This document shows positions 27,318 to 40,237 of a stretch of 64,000 nt of DNA, piece by piece. The stretch lies in NCBI GenBank assembly GCA_016748015.1, contig JAAOMT010000135.1, forward strand, positions 867,085 through 931,084. The letters are read 5' to 3'. A program made the position numbers and the translations under genes. Each line of letters opens with the position of its first letter. Positions within the stretch are counted from its first letter, which is position 1. The notes below the pieces were generated by a model that saw only the letters and a list, made by a program, of their open reading frames with translations, ran no database searches and was not told the DNA's origin. Source of the stretch: Geosiphon pyriformis uo1. Taxonomy: Eukaryota > Fungi > Glomeromycota.

Positions 27318-28874
27318 TTAAAAAAGCTATCTATTTGCAACTGTTTTTTCTCTTCTTGAACTTTGAGAACAGTATTATGAATTAATGTTCTCAAAGTTTT
27401 AAAAAAGTCTGAATCAACTTTTTCACTATACTGCTCTTCATAATAGTGCAATGTATCTTCAAGTGCAATTTTACTTTAATGTGTAGATAGCAAAAGCAAA
27501 GGTTCATCTTCATTTTCACTTTTTAAATCTTTATTTGCATTAGAATTTCCATTATACTTGTTTGTTAATAAGATCCACAATTTTATTTTCTGAGGTATAA
27601 GTGAATAATAGTTCAAACTTGTCAATATTAATGAAGTCTATTGCCAATAGCTTGTTAATATCAATGTGCTTAATAAGAACTTGTATTTCTTGTAGAAGTT
27701 CTTGTTCAATATCTAATAGATGGGCTGGCATTTGACTATTATTTAGAATTCCCATATAATGCCAACAGTTTTGGATTGTAGTTGTTATTATCACTAATCA
27801 TGCATTAATTAGAAAGTCAACTGCATTTTTTAATATTACTGTTGATATTAGAATCTTGTCATCATACTGATTAATAAGATGGAAAAAAAACAACTTTTGG
27901 TATTGTGTCTTAAAGGATGCAATAATTCCTGCATCTAATAGTTGCAAATGAGATGTTGTATTGAATGGTAGGTATCTAATCATAATATTAGATAATATAG
28001 AAGGTTCTCTATCATAGGAACCAGCATTATCAAGCAATAGCAAAATCTTTTTTTTCTTGCAATGGATTTTTTCATTTAATAAATTAAGCCATTCACTAAA
28101 AATATCGGTTTGCATTCATGCTTTTGTATTGTAATAATAAGTGATTGGAAGTGCATTCATATTAATATTGTGAAAACATCGTGGCTTTGCGGCTTTGCTA
28201 ATAATTAAAAACTGCAACTTGATGCTGTCTGTTGCATTACAAGCAAAAAGTATGGTAATTCAACTTTTATCATACTTGGTACCAGAGGTAGATTTTGTTG
28301 CCAAAGTTGTATTTGGTGGCATTCTAAAGAATAATGTTGTCTTATCAGCATTGTAAACATCATTTAGATCATATTCACTGATAATCTTACACAGTTTTTC
28401 TCGTTCCTTTGGTAAAATTTCCAAGAGGACACTGTTTGCTTTACCATGTATCTTAATATAATACAAATTATGATGTTTTTTGAACTTTTCTAACCAACCA
28501 TCTGATGCTTTAAAGTTATTTTTTTCCAGAAACTTTTCAGCAAACTTGAGGGCTTTTGTTTGTAAAATTTTTCTAGTAAGAATGCAGTTGGTAGCTAGTG
28601 CTCCAAGCATCCATTCTTTCAGTATATTATTTATCTTTGAAAATATCTCTTTCTTGTCCTTTGTCAATTGACCAGAGTTGTCAGATACATTTTTTTTAAT
28701 TTATTAGTTTGATTTTGCAAGTATCTTTATTACAGTGGAGCGGTCAACTTTTAGATTAAATATTTTGATAAGTCTATTTGCTAAGTAGTCAGAATGCTCT
28801 AGTTTGTACTGGCAAAGAGTCTTTTTAGTCTCCAAGGAGATTGCTGCTTGCTTTTAGTTTGTGTTTTTTGGTAT
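27318..28874 (-). pseudogene. pogo transposase of P2
   Basis: FKASDGWLEKF, VYNADKT, LLLLDNAGS, NTTSHLQLLDAGII; paralogous to 22511-24070. Confidence 0.94.
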
Positions 28875-29001
28875 GTTAATAAGAACACACTTTTTATTGC
28901 ATTTTGCTTTTATAATGCATTAATGTATCTGTTATGTTTCAAATATCATTTTGCCTTATATCTAATTGGACATGTGAGGTGTTTCATGTCATATAAAGTG
29001 C

Positions 29002-29914
29002 TGTTACAGATGATTATTTAGGGTCTTAAGTCAAATAACAAACCTGTAATCTGGTGCTCAGTTTCTACTCTAATGGATGATAATGGTAATATTGATATGT
29101 TGTTTTTATCTGAAGGTTTTGATTGAGAGTTCTTTGTATAATGGACAGAGATTCAATAATGATATAGTTGGTTGGTGAGTTGTGTTTTCAATTTCTGTCT
29201 TCAGCTTGGTGGCCAGTTTATTCTGGCAGTTGTGCCTTTCTGATAAGCTAGCTGTTAATATATATATAATTTTACCCTTATTTCTGGGTCTTTTACCAAG
29301 CTATTCGTGACGTTAATTACTTAGCACTTTTAATCTCTAATCAGTTAGTATACAACAATAAAATCAAGAAAAAAAAATAAAAAAAAATAAAGAAATGAGC
29401 CAAGGCAATATGCAAGTTAGTATCCATCAATAGCTGTGATCAAAAGCTATTGTTCTAGTGTGATTAAGTATTATTTACTATCAACATAAAGTGTTGATAG
29501 CGAAGAGTGGATTGAAATGGTGAATAATTATTTATTAATATTTGTGAATGGAAAGTTGCTTGGATAAAATTTAAACTGAGAGGTTTCTAATGGAAGAATT
29601 CTGCTTTTTTTACTTCTAACATTATTGCTATATATACATAATTTGATGTTCTATAAGATTGCTCACATTCCTGAGTAATGTATTATGATTTCTTGAGCAA
29701 TGCTCACATTGTTGAACAATGTGCTCTAATTTTCTAATATCACTCCACATTGCTGAGCAATATATCGTGCTTTCTGACATTGTTTTACATTGTTGAGCAA
29801 TGTGTCATAATTTCTGATATTGCTTCACATTGCTGAGCAATGTGTTCATGTGCTAAATACTATTCTCTTATTGGTCTACTATTTTCTATATCTGTTTTCT
29901 TTTTATGAGTAACA
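29002..29914 (-). repeat. 3' LTR of G3
   Basis: Direct repeat of 39325-40237; contains an array of the palindromic CACATTGCTGAGCAATGTG. Confidence 0.95.
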
Positions 29915-29927
29915 TTATCTCCTTTTT

Positions 29928-30563
29928 TTAATATTGAGCTCCATCAAAATCTTCGTTTTGAATTAATTCTAATACTTCTTTTTCAAGTATTGTTTGTTCG
30001 ACTCTGTTTTTTATGTCTTCTACTTGTGTATTGTTCATTCTTCCCCATTGGTTAATGGTTATGGTTTCCATGCCAGAATGTAACAGTATTTCTGAGTAGT
30101 TCCAAAATATGTTGTATAGTTGGTAAATTGTTTTAATATGTAGTATTGAATTTGTTTTCTTTCTGATAAATTTTTTAATTTGTTGTATTATGTCTTGGTT
30201 GAATATTTTTTTGGATTTGTCTATATACAATTCCTAAATATTCAACTTTTACCTTAACTAATAGTAACAGTATGATATTGAAAGTTGCTTTGTCCATTGC
30301 TTCCAATTTTCTTTTGTAAGTTCTTCTGTTGGTGCCATAATAGGTATTTTCCCAAAAGTGTTTTTTACTTTTTCTATTATGTTATCTGACCAGTTTTTAT
30401 CATTTTTTAATGGTCGCTAATATGGTGTATTCTTTGTCTTTCTTTGGATGTTTCAATAGCAAATTATTTGGTTGTTAATAACAATTTCCATGTTTAACTG
30501 TTGTTTACTTAAGGCCTAAAACAATTGTTAAGCTATAGTATAAATATGATTTGGTATTTCCAT
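29928..30563 (-). pseudogene. ORF3 of G3, function unknown
   Basis: MEIPNHIY...NEDFDGAQY*; about 210 codons with several internal stops; same position as the G1 ORF3. Confidence 0.55.
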
Positions 30564-30639
30564 TTTTTTTGGTTGCTTTTGTTGCATGTACTGTGTTTTT
30601 ATATACTCTTTTGGTTGTTCAATTTGATGTGTTTAGTTT

Positions 30640-33600
30640 AATAACTATGATTGGTTCCAGATCTCATGAAATCTTATCTGGTTGAATTAGTATTCTTTGT
30701 ACTCCTAGTTGTGGAATGTTATTGGTAGATGATGATGCTATCTGGTGGTATTGTTTCAGTTAATTACCATATGCTGCTTTGGCTAAGATTTTGTTGTCCC
30801 ATCTTAATTTATAAGCTCCATTTCCAAGAATTTTTTCTATATGAAATGATCCATCCCATTTGGGGTCAAATTTTCCATTCCATTGTTTTTCCTCTTTAGT
30901 ATGATGTAAAAGTACTTTGTCTTCAATCTTGAATTCAACTGGTTTATTTGGTAATTGGTTATTATGTCATTTTTTTTGCTTCTTTTGAGAGTTTTGGATG
31001 TTATTAGCTGCTTTTCATCATCTGCTTTCTAGTGTTTCTATTAAGTCATATGTTCTTTTCAACAATGTTTCTTGGAAATTAGCTTCTGTTATTGGTTTAA
31101 TTGGATATGTGTTGACCTCTATCTTAACTGGTAATGTTGCTGTCCTACCATATACCAATTCAAATAGTATTGCTTGTGTAATATCTTGTCTCATTGTTCG
31201 ATAAGCAAATAATACTAATGGTATAAACAAATCTCATTTGTTTTGGTTTTCTTGACTGATTTTAGTGATTGCTTCACACAATGTTCTATTGAATCTTTCA
31301 ACTAATCTATTGGTTTGTGGATGATATGGTGATAATAATAGTCTTTTTATCCCAAATTTCTGACTTAATTTTGTTAATGTTTTATTCACAAAATGAGTTT
31401 CTTGATCTGATAGTAGTTCTTTTGGACATTTATGTCAACATATCAAATCTTGATGGATGAATTTGGCAACAGATTCTGCATTTGCTCTTTGAATGGCTTT
31501 TGCTTCTGGCCATTTTATAAGATAATTCATAGCTACTGTAATATATCTATTGTCTCTACTGGTAATTGTTAATGGTCCAACTAAGTCAATTCCGATATAG
31601 TCAAATGGTTGTTCCACTTTGATTGGTCTCAATAGTTTACTGGGTTTTGTTCCTCCTCTTCTTTGACAAGCATCACAGTTTTGAACATACTGGATAATGT
31701 CTGGATACATTGATGGCCAATAATATCTTTTTCTGGTTCTTTCTATGGTTGCTTCTTTATGAAAATGTCCTGCTGTTAGATCTGAGTGTATGTTGTTACC
31801 AGTAGAATTTTAGCTATTAATTAGCATGAAATTACCCTTATAATTTCTATAATTCATTAGTATATTAATATCATTTCAAATTATCATTTATTATTTAATC
31901 AATTATCACATATCACGATTCAATTAAAATAATCTAATTAGTATAACAGAAAGTAAGATGATCAAATTACACAATACCCTGAACTTTGTAACATTCAAAA
32001 ATTCGCCGAAATTTACAGAAATTTGCCGAAATTTATAAGAAATTCGCCGAAATTTACAGAAATTCGCCGAAATTATGAATAGTTCACCCAAATTAATCAA
32101 TAGTTCAGCGAAATAACTTGNNNNNNNNNNNNNNNNNNNNATAAACTAGTACTACAACAAGTTGTATAAAAGAAGAGCTTTTCTCTTCTGGAAAATGTAT
32201 CTTACTTTAGATTTATTACTTAGAACCATTTCTACATACACAAAAAGAAATAAATACCAAATAATTTGAAAAACCAAATTCTTTAATTATTGCCCTTGGA
32301 AAATCCCCAAAAACCAACTAACATTTCAAAATTGATTAGCTACCAATTTCAGTAAACTGTTAGTGACTTTAGGCTTGGATAGAAAACGTTTCTCTTGACA
32401 AAATTCTATTTCTTTTACATTTCTTTTATTTTCTTTTATTTTTCTTACTATAATTATTAGGGTAGCCTACAGACAAGATTCCTGTAGAAGAGTTGACTTT
32501 TACAGCAAAGTAACTACACATTTTTAGTAAGCTTACAGACGAGCAATTCCTGGGAAAGAGTTGACATTTACTACAACGTAACTACATAAAGTAACTGGCA
32601 AGGAATTGGCTATTTCACTTATAAGCCCAGCAGTTCAAATTATAGGAGATAATTTGAAGATAAATTCAGTTATTGGAGGTTCAACTACTTCCTGAAAACG
32701 TAAATTCACAGCAAATCAACATTACCAACATTTAAGAAAAGAGACCAAAAACCTCTGGTAACAATGTTAAACAATATTGTTTCTTTTTCTGATTCTGTAA
32801 TTACTCTGGTTGGTTGGTTTGGATTTTTTCTGTCTTTTCAGTAAAGTATATTTTGATGATTGATGAAATATTTTGATTGCTGTTTTATGTTGTTTTGTTC
32901 TTTTTGAGATAATTTCTCCTTGAATGATTAAGTATTTATATAATGCTGAAGTTGTTGGTATTTTTGTGTGTTTATCTTTTGTTATATTTTTTTGGGTTGA
33001 AATGTTTTTAGATTTGTTTCATTTGTGACAATCCATCAGCATTTCTATTGTTTTTTCCCTTTTTATAATGTACTGTATAATTGAATAGTGAAAGTTCTAT
33101 TTTTTATCTGGCATGGTAATCATTTGCAAATTCTTGTTTCTGAATTAAAGTCAATCCTTTGTGATCAGTGTACACTTCAAACTTTTGGCTTAAGTATTCT
33201 TTCTATTTGATGACAGCCCAATAGATAGCTAAGTGTTCTAGTGCTGGAGTTTCATAATTCTTCTCAGCTGGACTTAAACTTCTACTGGTGTAAGCTACTG
33301 GATGCTCTCTTCTATTGGGTTTTTTCTGTGAGAGTACTGCTCCCAATGCTTGGCCTGATACATCAGTGGTAATTATGAATGATTTGCTGTGGTTTGGATA
33401 TATCAATACTGGAGCTTGGATAAGCTTTCTTCTTAATATGTCAAAAGCTTTTTGTTGGATTTCTGTCTATTTGTACTTCACATTCTTTGTTTGGAGTTGG
33501 TGTAATGGTTGAGCTATTTTGGAAAAGTCTTTAATAAAGCAGCAGTAGTATCTGGCAAATTCCAAAAATACTCTTAATTTTGTGAGATTATTTGGTACTG

Positions 33601-34330
33601 GAAAGTTCTTGACAATCTCAATCTTGTCTGGATCTGTTTTGATTTTATCTTTGCTTACCACATGTCCCAAAAACTTGAATTCAGTTTTTCCAAAGAAACA
33701 TTTGGTCACATTTAGCTTTAGTCTGGCTTTTCTTAATCTTTCAAACACTTGTTGGAGATGATGCAAATGATCATCGAATGTTTTTGAGAACACATTGGTA
33801 TCATTCAAGTATACAACTACTGATTTCCATAGTAATCTATTATAGACAATTTCCATGAGCTGTTGGAATGTTGCTGGAACATTCATCAAGCCAAATGGCA
33901 TGACTTCAAACTCAAAATTTCCTTCTCTTGTGGTAAACGCTGTTTTTTTTTTGTCAGCTGGATCCATAGCTACTTGTCAGTAACCATTATCTAAATCCAG
34001 TATTAAGAACCATTTATTTCCTCCAAAAGTGTTGAATAGTTTTTGGATCTTTGGAGTTAGATAGCTATCACTTTTTGTTACTCCATTTAGTTTCCAGTAG
34101 TTTACACAAAAACAGATTTTCCCATTTTTCTTACAGACTAGTACTACTGATGATGACTATAGACTTATTGATAGCTGAATTAGCCTATTGTCAAGCATTC
34201 AGTTAATTTTTTGCTGAATAATCTCATGGCTAGTTAGTGGTACTTTGTATGTTCTTTGTTTAATTGGCATCGTATCTCCAGTTTTGATCTAATGCTGGAT
34301 GATGTTAGTGTGGCCAAATTCATTTTTGCT
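30640..34330 (-). pseudogene. pol: RT, RNase H and integrase of G3
   Basis: KTAFTT..MPFGLMNVPATFQ, VVYLND, TTDVSGQALGAVL..VAYTSR, CDACQR, IGIDLVGPL, FAYRT..FELVYGR; split by the LTR at 31794-32763. Confidence 0.93.
31794..32763 (+). repeat. Young LTR (family E) inserted in the G3 integrase; contains an assembly gap
   Basis: TGTTACCAG..CTGGTAACA, TSD ATGT; CpGs retained (AATTCGCCGA repeats); N run 32121-32140; near-identical to 56207-57293 in reverse. Confidence 0.9.
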
Positions 34331-34844
34331 TGCAAAGATGTCATTAAAATTGTTGAGTAACATCTTTAGTTGTATCTGTTGAAGTGGGTCTAGCTTTTTC
34401 ATGTTTATCTGTTTCAATTGTTCTGGTTGGAGTAGATAATATTTATTTTGTTTGTAGATAGTTTGTGATGTAATGTCTACATATCTACAAAGCTGTGGAA
34501 AATCTGGAATGTGGTTTGGTGGTTGATCCTCAATTTAAGTGGTTAAATATTTGATGATAGTTCCTTTTGGTATTTCGATGACCTTTCTAGTTGTATTATA
34601 AATGGGAATTTTAATGTTTTTGGGGTTTTTGGCTGATATGTAGAGATTAGTAAGTCCAATTTCTTCTGATTCACAAATGGTGGCTTCTGCTTCAAACAAT
34701 TAAGCTTAATTCTTTACTTTCTTTTTTATGGCTAACATATATCAATCATATGGTAGAATAGAAATTGATTGATGGGTTGAGATAATTTCTTTTTTGTTAG
34801 CAATTTTTTCCTCTACTATATTGACTGATATGTCTATTCTATCC

Positions 34845-35270
34845 ATTGATCCAAATCCCTGTATTTCTCTTGCTATCATACCTAATTCTTCTCTTTTTCT
34901 CACTGAAATTAACTAAGCTATTTTCACCAGAGGTAAGAATATTGCTTGTGCTATTTTTTCATTTGGCTCTATAATATAGGTCTTTTCTGAGTCATTTTGT
35001 ATCATGGCAATAATATTCCCTATGTATTCCACATCAATTATTCTTCCTCTGATGTTGATTCCTTTTTTTGCTAAACTACTCCTAAATGCTAATTGAACTA
35101 TGATTGTTGCTAGAATTTCCAAAGCTATTTTGAGATCAATATATGTGCACAAATTTGGTTCCAATTTGATGGCTTCCTTCCCCGGATATCTTAGATCAAA
35201 CTCTGCATTGGTATTATGTGTGTGTTCTGACATGATACTTTTATTATTATCATTATACCATTTGAGTTTC
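34845..35270 (-). pseudogene. dUTPase domain of G3, between protease and RT
   Basis: NAEFDLRY, RSSLAKKG, GRIIDVEYIGNI, EKIAQAIF, REIQGFGS: all five trimeric dUTPase motifs. Confidence 0.92.
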
Positions 35271-36479
35271 TGCTTCTTAGAGAGATCAGGAAGCACAATG
35301 TATATTTTGGGATTTGAATCAGAGTCTGAATCGTTAATATTTTCATTGCCATATTGCATAGAGCTGGAACTGGTGTTTTTATTATCATTGTTGTCGGAGT
35401 TTGAATCAGGATTGAAAACTGATTCTGATTCCAATGTGCAGTCGCTAATTGGTTCTTCTTCTGAGATTGTGTAGATCATGCATGGTGGTGGATTGTAAAT
35501 AAGATCACACTTATTACAATATTGAAAGTCACAGGAAATTAAGCAATGTTGATATAATCAAGTATTCAACTGCTCCAAACACTGCTCTTGTTCTTCTCTG
35601 ATAGGTGCTAGCTCTTGATAATGTTCATAGAATTGTTCTGAATCTAAGAAATTTATGACTGGTTTTGGGTCCCAGTCAAGTTCTATAGATTCAGATAGGT
35701 TATTTTTTATTGTTTTTATTTCTTCTGGAGTCGCTCCTTCAATTTTGGCAAGTATCATTCACCAGATTTTGTTATCATCATGTAGACACCTATTCAGACA
35801 TTTGACAGCTTGTCTCCAGACAGCATCTATGGGTGTTTTTTTTCTCACCCAATTGCTTATAAGAATCATATATTGACATGATTTGTTACATATTTTTTTT
35901 TGCCCAGAAATGTTGTTTTATATTTCTTCATTCAGAAGAGTTTCCTCACAAACCAAGCAGGGTTTGTTATCCCATTTTTCTACTCATTTTGGTCTTTCAA
36001 AGCATTCTATAATACACACATGACAGTAAAATTTGGTCACCATTTGGTATTCTTCATTTTTGCCACAGCATACACCCATTAATGACAATTTTTTGTCACA
36101 ATCAACACACACCAGTTTTGGACAACAATAAGCAGATTGTTGTGGTGTAGTGTAGGAATTATATGTGGTGGTGCTGGTGGATATTGATTTTTCTTTCTTC
36201 TCCTTTCCTTTTTCTTTTGTCTTTTCTTCTCATTCCCAAGCTGGTTTTTCTGAATCATGGTTGGTTTCTTAGTTTTGGTTGGCATTCCAGATAAGTTCTT
36301 CTCTCTGCTTTTCTTTGCTGTTGTCATCTCATGAAGGTATTGGTAGCAGCTCATTGTGTTCTGTGTTGGCTCAGGAAACTTGGTAGGCTTCCTAGGTAGG
36401 TTTCTTCTCTTCTTCCTTGAATTTGATGAGTGGTGTTGTTGAGTTAGTGGTCTTGAAATGACCACACATGGTTGGTACA

Positions 36480-39262
36480 TGTGTGTATCAACCATTTTGG
36501 CTCAGTTAGAGTTCCTGTATTATCCAGTCCAATATGGTGTTGGTTTTAGATAACCAGTTATTTTCTACTAATGCTTGATATTAGGTTGCTTCTATCATCA
36601 AGACTTTGGTGGGAATAATGATGCTATTAACTTCAAAAGAGAAATCATCAATCTCACCAATGAGAGTTTTGGTTGCTCCATTGGTGATTATAATCCTGGT
36701 GCTGGCAGTGTAATCAACTCGGCAACCTAATTGGTCTATGAGTTGTTTTGTAATGATGCTGCCAGTTGATCCACTGTCTAAGATTAGTTTAATGGAGTGG
36801 CCATCAACTTTGGCATTAGTGTACATGACAGTAATAGGTTTTTCTTCTAGAGCGGCTCCACTAAATAACAGCGTGGTTGACAGTTCTTCAAGTTCAAACA
36901 GGAAGATGGCATCCAGTAATTCATTCTTGGTGATGGTAGCTGATGGAATGTTGTTGGTAAGTGTTGGGTATTGGTTGGTTTCCAGGTTATTGGATTGAGC
37001 ATTTTTTAAGGTGACCAGTAGGCTTAAATAGTTCTGGGAATTTGGGTTTTGGGCGTACCTGGTGCCTAAATTCTGTTGTCGAGATCTTACTGGTTGTGTA
37101 AAAGAACTGGAGATTGGTTAGTGGACTACTATCAATAATCTTCAACTTTGTTGGGTCAATCTCAGCCTTTGGGTTTCATTTTGAGATAAGTTCTGTGGTG
37201 GTGTTTGAATTTGTTGGGGCTGATATATTACCTAAGACTGTGGCTGATAAATAGTTTATGGCTGTGGCTGATAAACTGCTGGTGTTGTCAGTTGATAAAT
37301 TGGCATTTGATATACTGGTGGTTAATAAAATGGCTGCTGCGTCATAGATAAGTAATTCTGATAATATGGCTTTGAGTTTGGTGGGTTATTCGAAATTTGA
37401 AACTGGTGATTGGGGTTTTGATATTGATTTCCCAATTGTTGGTTATTTAAGTGATGGCGGCAATCAATTTGTAGGTGTTTTTGTTTACCACAATAGTAGC
37501 AAACACACATTTTCTGTTGCCACTATTGATTGGTCGATGATGATAGACATGACTGATTTTGGAAGCAATTCATGTTTCTGGAATTATTGCGTTATTGTGG
37601 TAATTAATAAATTGCGTGATTGTCAGCTAAGTATTCCTCTAATTTCTGATTGATAAAATCACTAAATTGTTTCAATTTGGAATCCAATTCAGATGATCTA
37701 TTTATTACTAGATTAACAGCTTGGACATGGTTAGTTTCAAGTTCAGTGACTTTAAAATCTTTGGCATTTGTGACAGCTGTTTGCAGATTGATGGAATGCA
37801 TTGGACATACGCATTGCAAGCTGCTACTGTATAATCTGTGAATAAACTGATTTAGGATCTGGGCCACTGTGAAATAATTGGCATTGATGGCTTGGATCTG
37901 GTACAAATTCCTGTAGAAATGTCCTAAGTAAGTAGTGACTGTTTCATTTTCTTCTTGTTTGATGGTAGTGAAGGTGTTTGCTAACCTGTTAATGCTGTTA
38001 TTGTTGCTGAAGTATCTTAAGAACTCTATTTTGAATGCATTGAAATCTTGGGGTTTATTGACCAGGCTTTGGTATCATGAATTGGTGGTATCCTGGAAAA
38101 AATATGGGATGGCTTGCATGGCTCTGGCATCATTCTATCCATTAGCCACTATGGCTTTTTCTATGTCATTAAGCCATACTTGGGTGTTGTTCTCTTTGCC
38201 TGTAAATTTCTCAAGTTTTGCTATTGGAGCATAAGCCATTGGATCTAAGTTTAGTTGGGGTTGTTGTTGTGGTGATTGTAATTGTTGTTGTGGCTGTTGA
38301 AGCAGCTATTGTAGTTGTTAGGACAGTTGGAGTGGCTGTTGTTGCTGTTTATTGATTGGTAGAGCTGGGAGTGGATTGATCACAATTACTAAAGGTAAGT
38401 GTTGTTGATTATTAATGTTGGGGTTTCAATTGTTCTGATCATGCTGCATTTGAAAATTCAGAGTTTCAATTTCCAGATTTCCTAAATTTAGATTTTGCTG
38501 AGTCTGAAAGTTCAGGGTTCTAATGTCTGGGTTTTCTGGAATTGGGTTCTGGTATGTAAATTCTTGATTCTTAAATTCTTTTTTTTCTTCTTCTTTTTGT
38601 TTTCTTTCTGATTCTGTTATTTTTCAGAGACTTGCATTTCCAAAATCTGGTTGAGATAGCAGTAATCAGAATCCTAATAGCATTGGTGATCACAATTTAA
38701 ATCTTTCAAAGTAATCACCATATAGTCCCAATAACTCTGCTTTTTTTTGTTTACTTTGAAATAAAAAGTGTCCAAAGATTGATGTCACGTTTGATGTGAA
38801 TGTGTCTGTTGATGAGATGTTGATGGCACTTTTGGGTGTATAATAGTATGATGGATTGGTGAGTAATTCAACTTGGGTTTTCTTCCAATTGGGTGGTTGT
38901 ATTTGTTTTGGTGTTACTGCTGGGGTTTGCAATCTTTCTTTGCCTTTATCTGTATAGGTAATAGAGAATTATTGTTGTGTATATCTTTCGATAGTTTGAT
39001 TGATTTCCTTAATAATTGGTGCAAAACTGTAGTTTCTTGGTAAGCTGGTATGTTGAAATAATTCTGTATAGAAATTTTCTCTTGTGGATTCAATGTTAAC
39101 TGTTCCTTCTAAGCAGTCTGTGATTTTATTGTTGACATAAAAGTTGAAGGCTGATTCCACTGGGAAATGATTATTGTTCAATCCTAATTGTTGGCTGTAC
39201 TGTTGGAATAAGGATTTGATGAATTCTAAATGGTTTGTTCTTATGATTTCTGATTCTGCCAC
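36480..39262 (-). pseudogene. gag: gag and aspartic protease of G3
   Basis: MAESEIIRTNHL start, capsid region at about 37600-38240, CYYCGKQKHLQIDC knuckle, LILDSGSTGSII protease. Confidence 0.9.
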
Positions 39263-39324
39263 TTTTGGATGATTGTTGATAGTGCTGGTTCTTTGTAGAA
39301 TTATACCTCACAGGGAGCACCAAA

Positions 39325-40237
39325 TATTACAGATGATTATTTGGGGTCTTAAGTCAAATAACAAACCCATAATCTGGTACTCAGTTTCTACTCTGATGGA
39401 TGATAGTGGTAATATTGGTACATTGTCTTTATCTGAAAGTTTTGATTGAGAGTCTTTTGTATAATGGACAGAGATTCAATAATGATGTAGTTGGTTGATA
39501 AGTTGTGTTTCCAATTTCTGTCTTTAGCTTGGTGGCTGGTTTATTTTGACAATCATGCCTTTCTAGTAAGCTAGCTGTTAATATATATATAATTTTACCC
39601 TTATTTTTGGGTTTTTTATCAGGCTATCTATGACATCAATTACTTAGTGCTTTTAATCCCTAATCAGTTAGTATACAATAATAAAATCAAGAAAAGAAAA
39701 TAAAAGAAAATAAAGAAATAAGCCAAGGCAATATACAAGTTAGTATTCATTAATAGCCATGATTAAGAGCTATTGTTTCAGTGTAATTAAGTATTATTTA
39801 CTATTAACATGAAGTGTTGATAGCGAAGAGTAGATTGAAATGGTGAATAATTATTTATTAATATTTGTGAATGGAAAGTTGCTTGAATGAAATCTAAACT
39901 GAGAGATTTCTAATGGAAGAATTCTGTTTTTTCTACTTCTAACATTATTACTATATATACATAATTTAATGTTCTATGAGATCACTCACATTTCCGAGCA
40001 ATGTGCTATGATTTCTTGAGCAATGCTCACATTGCTGAACAATGTGCCCTAATTTTCTAACATTGCTCCACATTGTTGAGCAATGTGCTGTGCTTTCTAA
40101 CATTGCTCCATGTTGCTGAGCAATGTGCTATGATTTCTGATATTGCTCCACATTGCTGAGCAATGTGCTCATGTGCTAAATACTATTCTCTTATTGGTCT
40201 ACTATTTTCTATATCTGTTTTTTTTTTATGAGTAATA
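39325..40237 (-). repeat. 5' LTR of G3
   Basis: Same length as 29002-29914 (913 bp); termini eroded to TATTAC/GTAATA; PBS adjacent. Confidence 0.95.

Larger units (their letters stand above)
29002..40237 (-). mobile_element. Full-length dUTPase-bearing Ty3/Gypsy G3 (about 10.3 kb without the nested LTR)
   Basis: 913-bp LTRs at 29002-29914 and 39325-40237; TSD GTGC; PBS 39306-39322; PPT at about 29915-29929; order gag-PR-Cys-rich-dUTPase-RT-RH-IN-ORF3. Confidence 0.96.

Noticed and set aside
39980-40170. CRISPR-like palindromic repeats with spacers
   Set aside because: Spacers resemble each other, the array is duplicated in both G3 LTRs, the context is eukaryotic, and there are no cas genes.
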